From a virus (lineage: Duplodnaviria > Caudoviricetes): a stretch of DNA of 64,000 nucleotides. The stretch lies in IMG/VR virus record IMGVR_UViG_3300042562_001138, positions 897 through 64,896 of that record, one strand, 5' to 3'. A program made the position numbers and the translations under genes. Below the pieces are notes generated by a model, which was given only the letters and a program-made list of their open reading frames with translations, did no database searches and had not been told where the DNA came from. Of this stretch, positions 47,085-56,064 are shown piece after piece (position 1 is the first letter of the stretch; every line of letters starts with the position of its first letter).

Positions 47085-49157
47085 TTATCTATATTGTTTT
47101 ATCTTATAGGTTTTTACTAAATTAGATATTCTAGGTAATTGTGTATCAACCTTGCTCATTCTATCGTATCTTGTTGAACCAATTAACGCTAATACCGCCC
47201 CTACAAATTCATCGTAATCAGTCCATTTGTCAACTTTAAATTGTATAAGGCACTTGCACAATTTATTGAAATACAACTTACCATAACCTTCCTCACTTTC
47301 GTTATACCCTACATTTTCCAAAATATACATCTCCATTGCTTCAACCAAGGATTGTCTTACCTCCGCACTATTCATTGGTAAACCTTTTTCCTTTTGTTTT
47401 TTTGAACTTGCAGTATGCGTTACCGAAGGTCTATCCATTAAGTAGTTGTAATAACCCTTTGTCCTAAAGTAATTCGTTAAACCTATCTTATTGGTTTCAG
47501 CTAATACCTCACAGCCATAAAATACACAAGCCTTTAAAATATCATCATAAAAATCTTCCGGATTGCTTGGTCTGTTTACATATTCGCAAATAAACATTTT
47601 ACTAAAATCCATATCCATTATATCAAACTTCTTAAAGATATAAAAAGCTCCATTTGATTTTCTGTAATCAGTTGTGTATTTATGGTCATAGGGGTCAACT
47701 CCTGCACTTAATGTTAAAAAATTACCAGGCTTTATAACTCCATGTACGGTGGATACACAATTTCTCTGTTCATGATTCGGCAACCAAACTACACTAAACC
47801 TACCATTATCACTTTGGATAAAATCAACCTTTGTCCTTGCTTCATCTTTCCATACAAAATTACCCTTAGTTACAAAATTATCATGTAAGGTATTGTTATA
47901 CTCAATCTGCTCATTTAAACGTATTACATCAAATACACTATCCTTACCATCCATGTAAAAAGCTTCATCTATATCCAATGGGTATTTACGCTTATGCGAT
48001 GCCATTGCTTGTGGACTTAAACCTATCCTAGCCTTTTTAATATAACTTAACGCTCCCTCTGTTATCATTTCACCATCCATTCCCATTACAGGTTGTTTTG
48101 GATCTTCTATAACACTTCTACCGTATTCATCTATAAAACCAACTAATCCATGTGTAGCCGGTTTAAAATATCTTAGCAATCCTGAATACGTACTATCCCT
48201 ACCTTTATCTAAAGCTTCCCTCAAATCACTATCTATCCATAATCTATAACAATTCTCTCCACCTTTTTTTTCCATTTCCTCCACAGTCGAAGTGTGCAAC
48301 GATTTCCCGATTATTCGCTTACCTATCTTCAAACACTCTTTCACAATTAACCAACGATTATAAACATCCACCTCAACCGTTTTACCAATTTCATCATGAT
48401 AATAAAACCTCATTTTGGTACCATCATACGCTTCCTCCGAACTAGGTTTAAAATCAATAGCGGAATTAATTACATCCTTATACACCTTTACACCACTCTT
48501 CGTACTCCTTGTACCCGGCTCCTCAAATCTTAATTCCTTTTGTGGATTAGTATCACCACTATCCACAGGCTTCATGTAATGCTCCATTTTCTTCCAAGAA
48601 CCAATTATCTTTTTGAAAATTATCTTTGCATCACCGCCTGTTTTACTTTGGATACCACAATAGCTTTCTTTGTTTAAAGTAGATATGTTATAAATAATTG
48701 CAGATGATCTAGCTGTCTTACCATCACGCCTGTTTGTTAATTGTAATAATCCTAAGCACGTTGGTAGTTTTTCTGTATAATCAAACAGCCAAAAGAAATC
48801 TCTATCCGATTCTTTATAATCTGCAAAACCTTCTGGTAATCTCCAATACGTTAAAAAGAAATAATGGTGCCCGGTTAAATAAGTTATTTCCCCACAGTTG
48901 TAAAACCAAAATCCCTCTCTCCTACGCTTAAACTCTCTCATTAAATAAGACAACTTCTTTTCATCGTCTAACGCATCAAAAGCTTTCTCTCCTAATACAT
49001 CCTTTGGTCTATGCCACTTCTGTTCAGGTACTCTTAAATCCCATCCCATTATGTCCTTCTTATCCTTTGGACATTCTGGTAATTCAAATGTATATTCTCC
49101 TACCTTTACTTCTCTTTGGAAGTCTTTAGGTAATTGTGCAGCAACCTTATTTTCCAT
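47085..49157 (-). CDS. Terminase large subunit
   Basis: RRDGKT Walker A, YYHDEIGK Walker B, RKYP...EAF, GVDPYD nuclease motif, ETNK. Confidence 0.9.
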   Translation of the reverse strand: MENKVAAQLPKDFQREVKVGEYTFELPECPKDKKDIMGWDLRVPEQKWHRPKDVLGEKAFDALDDEKKLSYLMREFKRRREGFWFYNCGEITYLTGHHYFFLTYWRLPEGFADYKESDRDFFWLFDYTEKLPTCLGLLQLTNRRDGKTARSSAIIYNISTLNKESYCGIQSKTGGDAKIIFKKIIGSWKKMEHYMKPVDSGDTNPQKELRFEEPGTRSTKSGVKVYKDVINSAIDFKPSSEEAYDGTKMRFYYHDEIGKTVEVDVYNRWLIVKECLKIGKRIIGKSLHTSTVEEMEKKGGENCYRLWIDSDLREALDKGRDSTYSGLLRYFKPATHGLVGFIDEYGRSVIEDPKQPVMGMDGEMITEGALSYIKKARIGLSPQAMASHKRKYPLDIDEAFYMDGKDSVFDVIRLNEQIEYNNTLHDNFVTKGNFVWKDEARTKVDFIQSDNGRFSVVWLPNHEQRNCVSTVHGVIKPGNFLTLSAGVDPYDHKYTTDYRKSNGAFYIFKKFDIMDMDFSKMFICEYVNRPSNPEDFYDDILKACVFYGCEVLAETNKIGLTNYFRTKGYYNYLMDRPSVTHTASSKKQKEKGLPMNSAEVRQSLVEAMEMYILENVGYNESEEGYGKLYFNKLCKCLIQFKVDKWTDYDEFVGAVLALIGSTRYDRMSKVDTQLPRISNLVKTYKIKQYR

Positions 49158-49491
49158 TTATCGCTTTCTCATATACACTCGCTTCTTCTCTATCCACCTC
49201 CTCTACGTATGTTTCTCCTAAACTATCATATATCTTATCGGCAGTTTCTAAGTATTTCCATATACTATCCGCATACTTAAACGCTCTCTCCATCAACTTA
49301 TCGTCCTTATTACTCGCATCCTCCTCTGTAATGTTCGTGTTTTTTAGTATCGAATTATTATTCTTGATGAAATTTCGCAAACTTAAATATGTTTCAGCTT
49401 TTAAGCTTTGGGTATTTATCGCTTTTATTTTGCTCTCTAAATGCTCTACGTATCTACGTATTTCAACATCTTTTATAATCGGTTTCTTCAT
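49147..49491 (-). CDS. Putative terminase small subunit
   Basis: 114-aa helical protein overlapping the TerL start; own -7 element TATATTTG at 49514-49521. Confidence 0.5.
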   Translation of the reverse strand: MKKPIIKDVEIRRYVEHLESKIKAINTQSLKAETYLSLRNFIKNNNSILKNTNITEEDASNKDDKLMERAFKYADSIWKYLETADKIYDSLGETYVEEVDREEASVYEKAINGK

Positions 49492-49525
49492 ATTAAATTA
49501 AATTTAGTTACTACAAATATACAAT

Positions 49526-49609
49526 AAAAAAAACCCACCGTAATTAAACGATGGGTTTTCCCATGCAAAAATCTAAAGAAAGATTGAACAAAAAAGTAAA
49601 GTGGCGATA
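49526..49609 (-). ncRNA. Candidate small RNA
   Basis: On the - strand: -7 TAGATTTG (49610-49617) and -33 TTTG (49637-49640, 19-nt spacer), then ~80 nt with no ORF ending in a hairpin plus U run (49526-49558). Confidence 0.45.
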
Positions 49610-49637
49610 CAAATCTAACAAACTTTTTTATTTAAAC

Positions 49638-49673
49638 AAAAAAAAAGTAGCAGAAAATTCTACTACTTTTTTA
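49638..49673 (-). terminator. Bidirectional terminator after the 284-aa structural gene
   Basis: AAAAAAGTAG-cagaaaattcta-CTACTTTTTT. Confidence 0.65.
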
Positions 49674-49692
49674 TTTTTTTTTATTTTAACAA

Positions 49693-50547
49693 CTATGCGT
49701 AAGTAGTTAATTCAACTAAAGATTTATTAATGTTTAGTTTTTCTAAAAACGATCCGCCATTGTCATAAACAACAGTACAATCATTTACACCTCCTGCTAA
49801 AGCAGTTGTAGTAGTAGCTAATGTACTTGTTAGTGTTGTAGTGATAGCTTCACCATTTAAAGCTTCCGAAGGAGTAGTAGCGGTTACTGTTACAACAGCT
49901 CCATTTGCAACAGCAGTAAAACCACCAGTTGAAGTGTAAGCGTTAATAGCTGCTGCTGTATTTGTAGCTAACAAAGCTAAACTCGCTCCTGTAATAGCTG
50001 TACCTGTATCAAAGATAGAGTTACCATCAATCTCAATATCGGTTACTGTACCTGCACCTGATGCAAAAGTAATTGTACCGCTAGGATTTACTTGTAAGTA
50101 ATTTTCCGCTCCTTTTACTTTCATTCTGTTAATAGCAATTGCAGTTGAAGAATTTAATTCAGTTGCAGCTAATAATTGACTAGATGCAGAAACAATAGTA
50201 GCTACTGAATCATCAACATCAATTGTTTTAGGTACACTAGAACTTAAATCGTTGTAAGTAACTCTTGAAGTTGAACTACCTAAATCAACTACCAATACAA
50301 CATCTGCTTCGTTAATAGCAACAGAAGTACCTAATGACAATTCGCTTAAAGCTAATAATTGTGTACCGGCAGAAACAATGTTTGCAACAGTTTCATCAAT
50401 ATCAATGCTTTTAGGAATAGTAGAATTTGTATCTCTGTAAATGATATTGGAAGTTGAACTACCCAAATCTCTTACGAAATTAATGTCGGTTTCATTGATT
50501 ACAACTTGGTTGCCATCTAAATCCGTTAATAATAATAATTTTGACAT
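49693..50547 (-). CDS. Putative capsid decoration/auxiliary structural protein with internal repeats
   Basis: Two ~61-aa repeats plus a third interrupted by a T/A/G-rich domain; own terminator. Confidence 0.6.
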   Translation of the reverse strand: MSKLLLLTDLDGNQVVINETDINFVRDLGSSTSNIIYRDTNSTIPKSIDIDETVANIVSAGTQLLALSELSLGTSVAINEADVVLVVDLGSSTSRVTYNDLSSSVPKTIDVDDSVATIVSASSQLLAATELNSSTAIAINRMKVKGAENYLQVNPSGTITFASGAGTVTDIEIDGNSIFDTGTAITGASLALLATNTAAAINAYTSTGGFTAVANGAVVTVTATTPSEALNGEAITTTLTSTLATTTTALAGGVNDCTVVYDNGGSFLEKLNINKSLVELTTYA

Positions 50548-50565
50548 ATATACACAATTTAATGA

Positions 50566-50838
50566 TTAAACAATATCATAAGTAACCTCAACATCAACAC
50601 CCTCAAAACATTTCCAAATAATCTTTTCGCCACTATCCACAAATTGTACCTCTATCAAATATCGCCTTACTCCGTACAACTGCAAATAATTCTTATCCCT
50701 GTAAATATCACTAACAGTAACTTCCTTTCCCTTTACAATAAATCCTTGTCCTTTACGTATAGTAAAAGCTTCTGCCTGGCGTTTGTATATCTTTAATTCG
50801 TAAATGTATTCTACATCTAAGTCTATCAATGTGTCCAT
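50566..50838 (-). CDS. Hypothetical protein
   Basis: 90 aa (IWKCFEG...VTYD); -7 element TATATTTG at 50852-50859. Confidence 0.7.
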   Translation of the reverse strand: MDTLIDLDVEYIYELKIYKRQAEAFTIRKGQGFIVKGKEVTVSDIYRDKNYLQLYGVRRYLIEVQFVDSGEKIIWKCFEGVDVEVTYDIV

Positions 50839-50877
50839 GTGAGATTTTTTACAAATATATAACTAATTGTGCAACTA

Positions 50878-51114
50878 TCAAAAAATAGGTTCTTGCACAA
50901 TTCCATTCCGCCTAAACACCTCCTCAATCTTATTTACATGAACACCATCAAAACGTATTGGACTCATTAACACTTCCTGCTTATGATTCATACATTCACT
51001 TAATAGCGAAGAACAAAACAACTTGTTTACCTCCACTATCTTTTTATGTGCTTCTATTACATCTATCTTACCTTGTTCCAAAGCTGATAGTATATCCCAT
51101 GTTTCTCTTTTCAT
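50878..51114 (-). CDS. Hypothetical protein
   Basis: ORF track; operon context. Confidence 0.6.
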   Translation of the reverse strand: MKRETWDILSALEQGKIDVIEAHKKIVEVNKLFCSSLLSECMNHKQEVLMSPIRFDGVHVNKIEEVFRRNGIVQEPIF

Positions 51115-51128
51115 AAATTGTGTATTGA

Positions 51129-51533
51129 TTATATACTATAACCATTTAAGTAATCACAATACATTTGAGCCTGCTTCTCACTATCATGTGGCATTATTAT
51201 AACTTCTCTTCCTATTGAATCTAATACAGCTCTTTTCTGTTTTTTACCTAATCTAAATGGAGGTTTAAATAAGTCTGGATCATAACGACTTGTAATAAGG
51301 GATTCGCAAAAAAAAAGTTTCGGCATTATAATATTCTTATTAAATATTATATCCTTAAACAAACTTTTACCTATTTCCTCCGTTACCACAAGATAAGCAT
51401 TCCTACTTGTAAATGGTGAAACAAATGTAGTCTTAGCCTTTTTAGTAGGCTTTACTGCAAATGGAGTAATATTCCTTACCCATTCTATTGCTTGTTGTTC
51501 GTTTTCTAATTGTGTATCCATCTTACAATTCAA
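51129..51533 (-). CDS. Hypothetical protein
   Basis: ORF track; contains a 9-nt A tract on the + strand near 51308-51316. Confidence 0.55.
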   Translation of the reverse strand: MNCKMDTQLENEQQAIEWVRNITPFAVKPTKKAKTTFVSPFTSRNAYLVVTEEIGKSLFKDIIFNKNIIMPKLFFCESLITSRYDPDLFKPPFRLGKKQKRAVLDSIGREVIIMPHDSEKQAQMYCDYLNGYSI

Positions 51534-51951
51534 TTATTTTTTGAGCATATATACCATTCGAGTATAAGCATAAATTATAATTAGTGCTATCGTACATAAC
51601 AAAATCATCGCTTTTTGCATATATAGTAAACAAACCACTAAATACATATTCGTTTTTATCCTTTAGCGAAATAATCTTATCGCCTTTTTTATACAACTTT
51701 GTTATATCAGCACTTGTTATGGTTTCAGGCTCAATGGTTACACAATTTTCCGCTTTGCTAAGCTCAAACTCAATATACGCCTTAGCCTTTCTTAAATCCT
51801 CTAAATAGTTATCGCTCTTCTTTCCTGCCCTAGAAATGTACTTAACTACATTGCCTAAATTAAAACCTAAATCCCATGCTTCAATTACTTTAATCGCTTC
51901 GTAAGGATTGTCCTTGCCCCCATAGTGTAGAGGATGATTTACTTTTTCCAT
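51523..51951 (-). CDS. DUF3310 (T7 gp1.7 nucleotide kinase / SaV-like) domain protein
   Basis: VNHPLHY...GFNLGNVVKYISRAGKK...EDLRKAKAY. Confidence 0.85.
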   Translation of the reverse strand: MEKVNHPLHYGGKDNPYEAIKVIEAWDLGFNLGNVVKYISRAGKKSDNYLEDLRKAKAYIEFELSKAENCVTIEPETITSADITKLYKKGDKIISLKDKNEYVFSGLFTIYAKSDDFVMYDSTNYNLCLYSNGIYAQKIIEL

Positions 51952-51980
51952 TTTTCTAATTGTGTAAGGTTTATAAATTA

Positions 51981-52661
51981 TTATTGTAAAAACTTAATTA
52001 AATCTTGATCGTTCTTAATCCAACCATTATCAATAGCAACAGTTATAGTTTTTTCTATTTCAGTTATTTGTTTTAATTGTGAAGATGAAGCTAAATCCCT
52101 AATTCCTTTTTGATGAATACCAAAAACTTTTTTATTGATTAATACCGCATATTTATAATATTCTGGGTTATCAATTATTTTACCTATACTTTGATTCATA
52201 GGTAAATATTCAGTACCAGCTTCTAATCTGTTAAATATTAAAGAATCTGTTAACCAAATAACAACATTAGCGTATATCTTAGGATTTAATTCCATAGCTA
52301 TTAAAGTCCAAATATAAGGGTTACAATAAACAGTCTTTGTATTTCTAGCTCCTGTTGTTTTCCAATAACCAACTTCTTTTAATACTTTTGTAATACCCTT
52401 ATTATCAACATCTTGCATAAAACCCTTAAATAAAGGTTTTATAACTTCTTGTTTTTCAAGTATATAGAAACACCTTTCTTTGAACTCTTCTGTTTGAGTA
52501 ACATGGTCAATACGCTTTTCATTCCACCCATACTCAAACCTAGCCTTATCATAAGCTAATTGTAAATCAGATACGTTTAACATTTGAGTTTTTGTTTCTT
52601 GCCTTATTTGAACACCGAAAAGACTCCTGTCGTCTGATTTTAAAATTGAGTTTGTTTTCAT
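51981..52661 (-). CDS. KilA-N-like DNA-binding protein
   Basis: IRQETKTQMLNVSDL, KTTGAR...YCNPYIW...NPKIYA; own -7 element TAACTTTG at 52680-52687. Confidence 0.7.
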   Translation of the reverse strand: MKTNSILKSDDRSLFGVQIRQETKTQMLNVSDLQLAYDKARFEYGWNEKRIDHVTQTEEFKERCFYILEKQEVIKPLFKGFMQDVDNKGITKVLKEVGYWKTTGARNTKTVYCNPYIWTLIAMELNPKIYANVVIWLTDSLIFNRLEAGTEYLPMNQSIGKIIDNPEYYKYAVLINKKVFGIHQKGIRDLASSSQLKQITEIEKTITVAIDNGWIKNDQDLIKFLQ

Positions 52662-52886
52662 AACATATTTTTAACTTTACAAAGTTATAGATAATAAATT
52701 ATAAAACAAATAAAATCCGAAAAATAATTTTATGAAAAGTATCAATTCAAGATAATTAATACAATTGTAGTAAACATGGAAAGCTTAATTTTACTAGGAT
52801 TTTTTACGCTAAAACTTAATATTAAGGATTATTAATATTAAATATCCAAGATTTTTTATGCTTAAATCATAATATTATCTACTAAG

Positions 52887-53567
52887 CTACACAATTCGCT
52901 TACCATAAACGTGCTCCATATAAACCATATGCTCAACACTACCATTAACGCTTAGCTTCTTTACACAATTAGGCTTGGTAATTATAACCTCCCCAACCTG
53001 TACATCCTCATTAGGCTTTACCAACTTAACTCGGTAATACTTATCGCTCTTCTTCTTTGTATCCAATAACACTATACTAGAACTCTTCAAATACTCCTCC
53101 TCTATCGGCTCTACCAACACCCACCTATCTATCGCTTCCAAACGGTCGTTGCACAATTTGAGGTAGAAATTAGTAACACTAAACAAATTATAATCCACCT
53201 TATAAGGTAACATATAGTAATATTCACCATTAATCTCTATTCGGTTATCAGGATCGCACATACTATGATGAACATAACAAATATCGCCTACCGATATATC
53301 CATACTTATCGCTGTCTTTCCCGGACTTAATGAACGAGGTACTTGCACAATTTGACACTTGAAACAAATATTCCTAATCTCATCAGGTATATAATCAGCA
53401 CGCATAACACTATACAACATATCCTTCATCAACTTTATCTCTTTCCCATCCTTATCCCTTATAACCCAACTATCACTCTCATCACTTATCGCTCTCACCA
53501 ATACCATATCCCTAGGCACCACTATTCCTGCAATATCCACTATTCCCTGTAATACACTTAAATCCAT
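52887..53567 (-). CDS. GroES-like co-chaperonin (tandem domains)
   Basis: Two GroES-like units: VLVRAI...VGDICYVHH and WVLVEPIEEE...SIVL...VQVGEVII. Confidence 0.65.
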   Translation of the reverse strand: MDLSVLQGIVDIAGIVVPRDMVLVRAISDESDSWVIRDKDGKEIKLMKDMLYSVMRADYIPDEIRNICFKCQIVQVPRSLSPGKTAISMDISVGDICYVHHSMCDPDNRIEINGEYYYMLPYKVDYNLFSVTNFYLKLCNDRLEAIDRWVLVEPIEEEYLKSSSIVLLDTKKKSDKYYRVKLVKPNEDVQVGEVIITKPNCVKKLSVNGSVEHMVYMEHVYGKRIV

Positions 53568-54332
53568 ATTCTCTTACTTTTAGTTTAACATACTCACAAA
53601 ACTAATCATTATATCCATAACTAACAAAAAAAACTTGTATCCGTACGGTGGAGAAAGTAGACTAACTTGTTGTAAATCAATATTATAAAAATTGTGCGTG
53701 TTGCGTTTTTTTAATACCTTTTACCGTACCTTTACTACATCCCAGTAAATACGTTTATACTCACCCGAAATGTTGTATCCGTACGGTGGAGAAAGTAGAC
53801 TTTTCCATTGATTATCAGTTACTTAAAAAAATTGCAAAAAATTTATTTTCGCTTACTCTTGCATATAACAGCCTTTCATAATACCTTTATACCCGACAAT
53901 TAAATAAATTATTAATCAAAACTTAAACGCTCTTTAACTTATTTATTTACTCGTGTTAACTGAAATGTACCGCGGATGTTCGTGGTGGGGGTTATGTGGT
54001 GGAGTGGAGGGGGTGGAATCCGAATGGGGAAACGCAAATCTGCGACTGGGTAGGGGTCAAAACGAATTTCAAACTGTTTTAACTAACTGATTTTTAATCG
54101 TTTACGTTTTGAACAACTACTTTTTTATTGCGCTTTTTTTTACTACCCACGAACGGTGGTGGGGAATTTTTCCCTATATTATACCGCGCGAAATATATAA
54201 ACGCGCATACGTGCGATATAACGCGCGATTTATAATCGTTTGATAGTTAGGTATAGGCGGAATACTAATAGTTTAACATGTGCCAAATAAATGGGCTTAA
54301 TTCCTTTTAAGTTTATCTATCTTTATTAACTT
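53568..54332. other. Non-coding strand-switch region (candidate genome end, packaging site or origin)
   Basis: No ORF of 60 aa or more; divergent transcription; direct repeats, G-tract cluster 53983-54057, CGCG cluster 54185-54228. Confidence 0.55.
53635..53801 (+). repeat. 29-bp direct repeat TTGTATCCGTACGGTGGAGAAAGTAGACT (53635-53663, 53773-53801)
   Basis: Identical copies 138 bp apart; internal palindrome CCGTACGG. Confidence 0.9.
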
Positions 54333-54686
54333 ATGGGCTTTGATAAGGATGAAACGGGTAAATTTGCAATTAAATACAGTAAATCACATTGCATACAGTT
54401 ACATAAGCTTTTAACTAAAAAACGCATAAGTAAAACGCATCTTTGTTTTATTCTCTCAGTTTCTGCACCAACTACGGCAACACGTTTAATCAATCAACCT
54501 TATTTACTCTCTTTACAACAATTAATTAATCTATCTTTTGCGCTTAATGTTTCTTTATATGATTTAGTTAGGATTATATGTGAGGATTTTAAAAATTGTG
54601 CAACGTCCTTTGATTCTGATTTACTTTTATTCGTACCTCCGCATATTAGAGAGTTAACTAAATCTAGTGAGTGGTTTGAGCGTTAA
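54333..54686 (+). CDS. XRE-like HTH regulator
   Basis: LLTKKRISKTHLCFIL...TATRLIN...LINLSFALNV. Confidence 0.65.
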   Translation: MGFDKDETGKFAIKYSKSHCIQLHKLLTKKRISKTHLCFILSVSAPTTATRLINQPYLLSLQQLINLSFALNVSLYDLVRIICEDFKNCATSFDSDLLLFVPPHIRELTKSSEWFER

Positions 54687-54865
54687 ACAAATTGTGCATC
54701 AATCTATTTTTTTAGTTCCTATTTTTTTTTGTGATCCTTTACCTGTTTTGCGCTAATTTTTACGCTTTATTCTATCCTTTTAATTTTTTCTTTAAAATAA
54801 ATGTAAAATTATTTGCTTGATTTACAACACTTTAAACTTTTTATCAAAAAAAACATTTAAAATAA

Positions 54866-54898
54866 TTTGCATTTACAAAACATTTATTCTTATCTTTG
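54866..54898 (+). promoter_or_regulatory. Bacteroidota primary-sigma promoter for early genes
   Basis: -33 TTTG (54866-54869), 21-nt spacer, -7 TATCTTTG (54891-54898). Confidence 0.75.
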
Positions 54899-54937
54899 TT
54901 TCATCAATCAATCAGTAATCAATTAAACGCAAATGTT

Positions 54938-55228
54938 ATGAGCCACGAAAAATTTATAAAACAGTTAAACAAAAGGTTTCCTAATTTAATCGTTTTACCT
55001 TCAAATGTATTCAATAAAGATAGCGTTGGCGGTTTATGGTTAAAAAACGCTTCTTGTATTACGTACACTAAAAAGGATTTAAATACTATTTGCGCCATTG
55101 ATAACGGTTTATTTGTAAACTATAAACTTTACGATATAGACGTTTATAATAAATTTAGTAAATGGTGTAAAAAGCGTGGATACTATTGTAGTACTTCGGA
55201 ATACACATTAATGGTTTATCCTTTATAA
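54938..55228 (+). CDS. Hypothetical early protein
   Basis: ATG at 54938 (MSHEKF), in frame with track ORF 54896..55228 and downstream of the promoter. Confidence 0.7.
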   Translation: MSHEKFIKQLNKRFPNLIVLPSNVFNKDSVGGLWLKNASCITYTKKDLNTICAIDNGLFVNYKLYDIDVYNKFSKWCKKRGYYCSTSEYTLMVYPL

Positions 55229-55280
55229 AAATTGTGTATCAATCTAAAAAAAAAATATTAACAACTTAAAAATTAAAGCC

Positions 55281-55724
55281 ATGAAAAATCAAGAAAAATT
55301 AACCCAGTCAATTTTAAACAACAAATCTTTATTGAAAAACATTAATAGCCATGTTTATGGAGGTACGGAAGCCGAAAAAATAAACTATTTTATTGACAAT
55401 GCAAAAAGGTATATTAAAGCCATTAAAGAAGAGAGAATGATTTGTAAAATAGTAAGTGTTTCACAAAGTGGCATGAGCAGAAGGATTTATTTTAGTGAAT
55501 TTTGTTTTGATAACAAGCAAAAAAGGGGTTTTATATATCAATTCCATGTTTTTTTTCAAACATTAGGGTATAAATCAAATAATAATGGATTTTTAATTAA
55601 TGGATGTGGAATGGATATGATATTCCATACTAACTACACTATTATTCATGAGCTTTGTAGTTTAGGATTTATAACTAAAGATGAGTGTAGAGTTTTAGCA
55701 CAAAAAACGCCTAAAAATATTTAA
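55281..55724 (+). CDS. Hypothetical early protein (SVSQSGMSR...GCGMDM family)
   Basis: 147 aa with conserved-looking SQSGMSRRI and INGCGMDMIF motifs. Confidence 0.75.
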   Translation: MKNQEKLTQSILNNKSLLKNINSHVYGGTEAEKINYFIDNAKRYIKAIKEERMICKIVSVSQSGMSRRIYFSEFCFDNKQKRGFIYQFHVFFQTLGYKSNNNGFLINGCGMDMIFHTNYTIIHELCSLGFITKDECRVLAQKTPKNI

Positions 55725-55740
55725 GTAAATTGTGTGATCA

Positions 55741-55816
55741 ACTTGACTAAGCAAGTATAAACAGGCTTTTAGGCTTAGAGCGTTTAAAGGGGTATTTTAG
55801 CCCCTTTAAGGTAGCA
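55741..55816 (+). ncRNA. Pistol self-cleaving ribozyme
   Basis: P1 ACUUG/CAAGU; loop CUAAG pairs with CUUAG (pseudoknot); AUAAACAG linker; P2 GCU/AGC; AGCG; P3 UUAAAGGGG/CCCCUUUAA; GGU cleavage junction. Element order matches the pistol consensus. Confidence 0.85.
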
Positions 55817-55852
55817 AAATACAAATTGTGTAACAATCTAAAAATTAAAACT

Positions 55853-56035
55853 ATGGTACGTTATTTTAACATTAAAGGCAATTACGGAGTTGAAACCGTT
55901 GACGAAATAAACAGCGCGGAATTTAAAACATTTAAAGAGTTTAAAACTGAATTAAACAGGCTTTTTAAAGAGTATCAAATTTCAGGTTTTAGCGTTTATA
56001 TTTCGCAAAAAGCGGATAAAAGTTGGAAAAAATAA
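55853..56035 (+). CDS. Hypothetical early protein
   Basis: ATG at 55853 (MVRYFNIKG...VETVDE) after the repeated leader. Confidence 0.7.
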   Translation: MVRYFNIKGNYGVETVDEINSAEFKTFKEFKTELNRLFKEYQISGFSVYISQKADKSWKK

Positions 56036-56064
56036 ATAAAGTAACAATCTAAAAATTTAAAACT

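Noticed and set aside
15747-49501. Numerous + strand ORFs inside the - strand structural genes (and - strand ORFs at 823, 2553, 58014)
   Set aside because: Antisense shadows of long genuine genes; low-complexity S/F/L-rich translations with no leaders.
53635-53801. 29-bp repeats as a CRISPR array
   Set aside because: Only two copies with a 109-bp gap, and no cas genes.
53960-54240. tRNA or other structural RNA in the GC-rich patch
   Set aside because: No cloverleaf or T-loop consensus could be built.
55783-55810. Hairpin TTAAAGGGG/CCCCTTTAA as a simple terminator
   Set aside because: No U tail; better explained as P3 of the pistol ribozyme.
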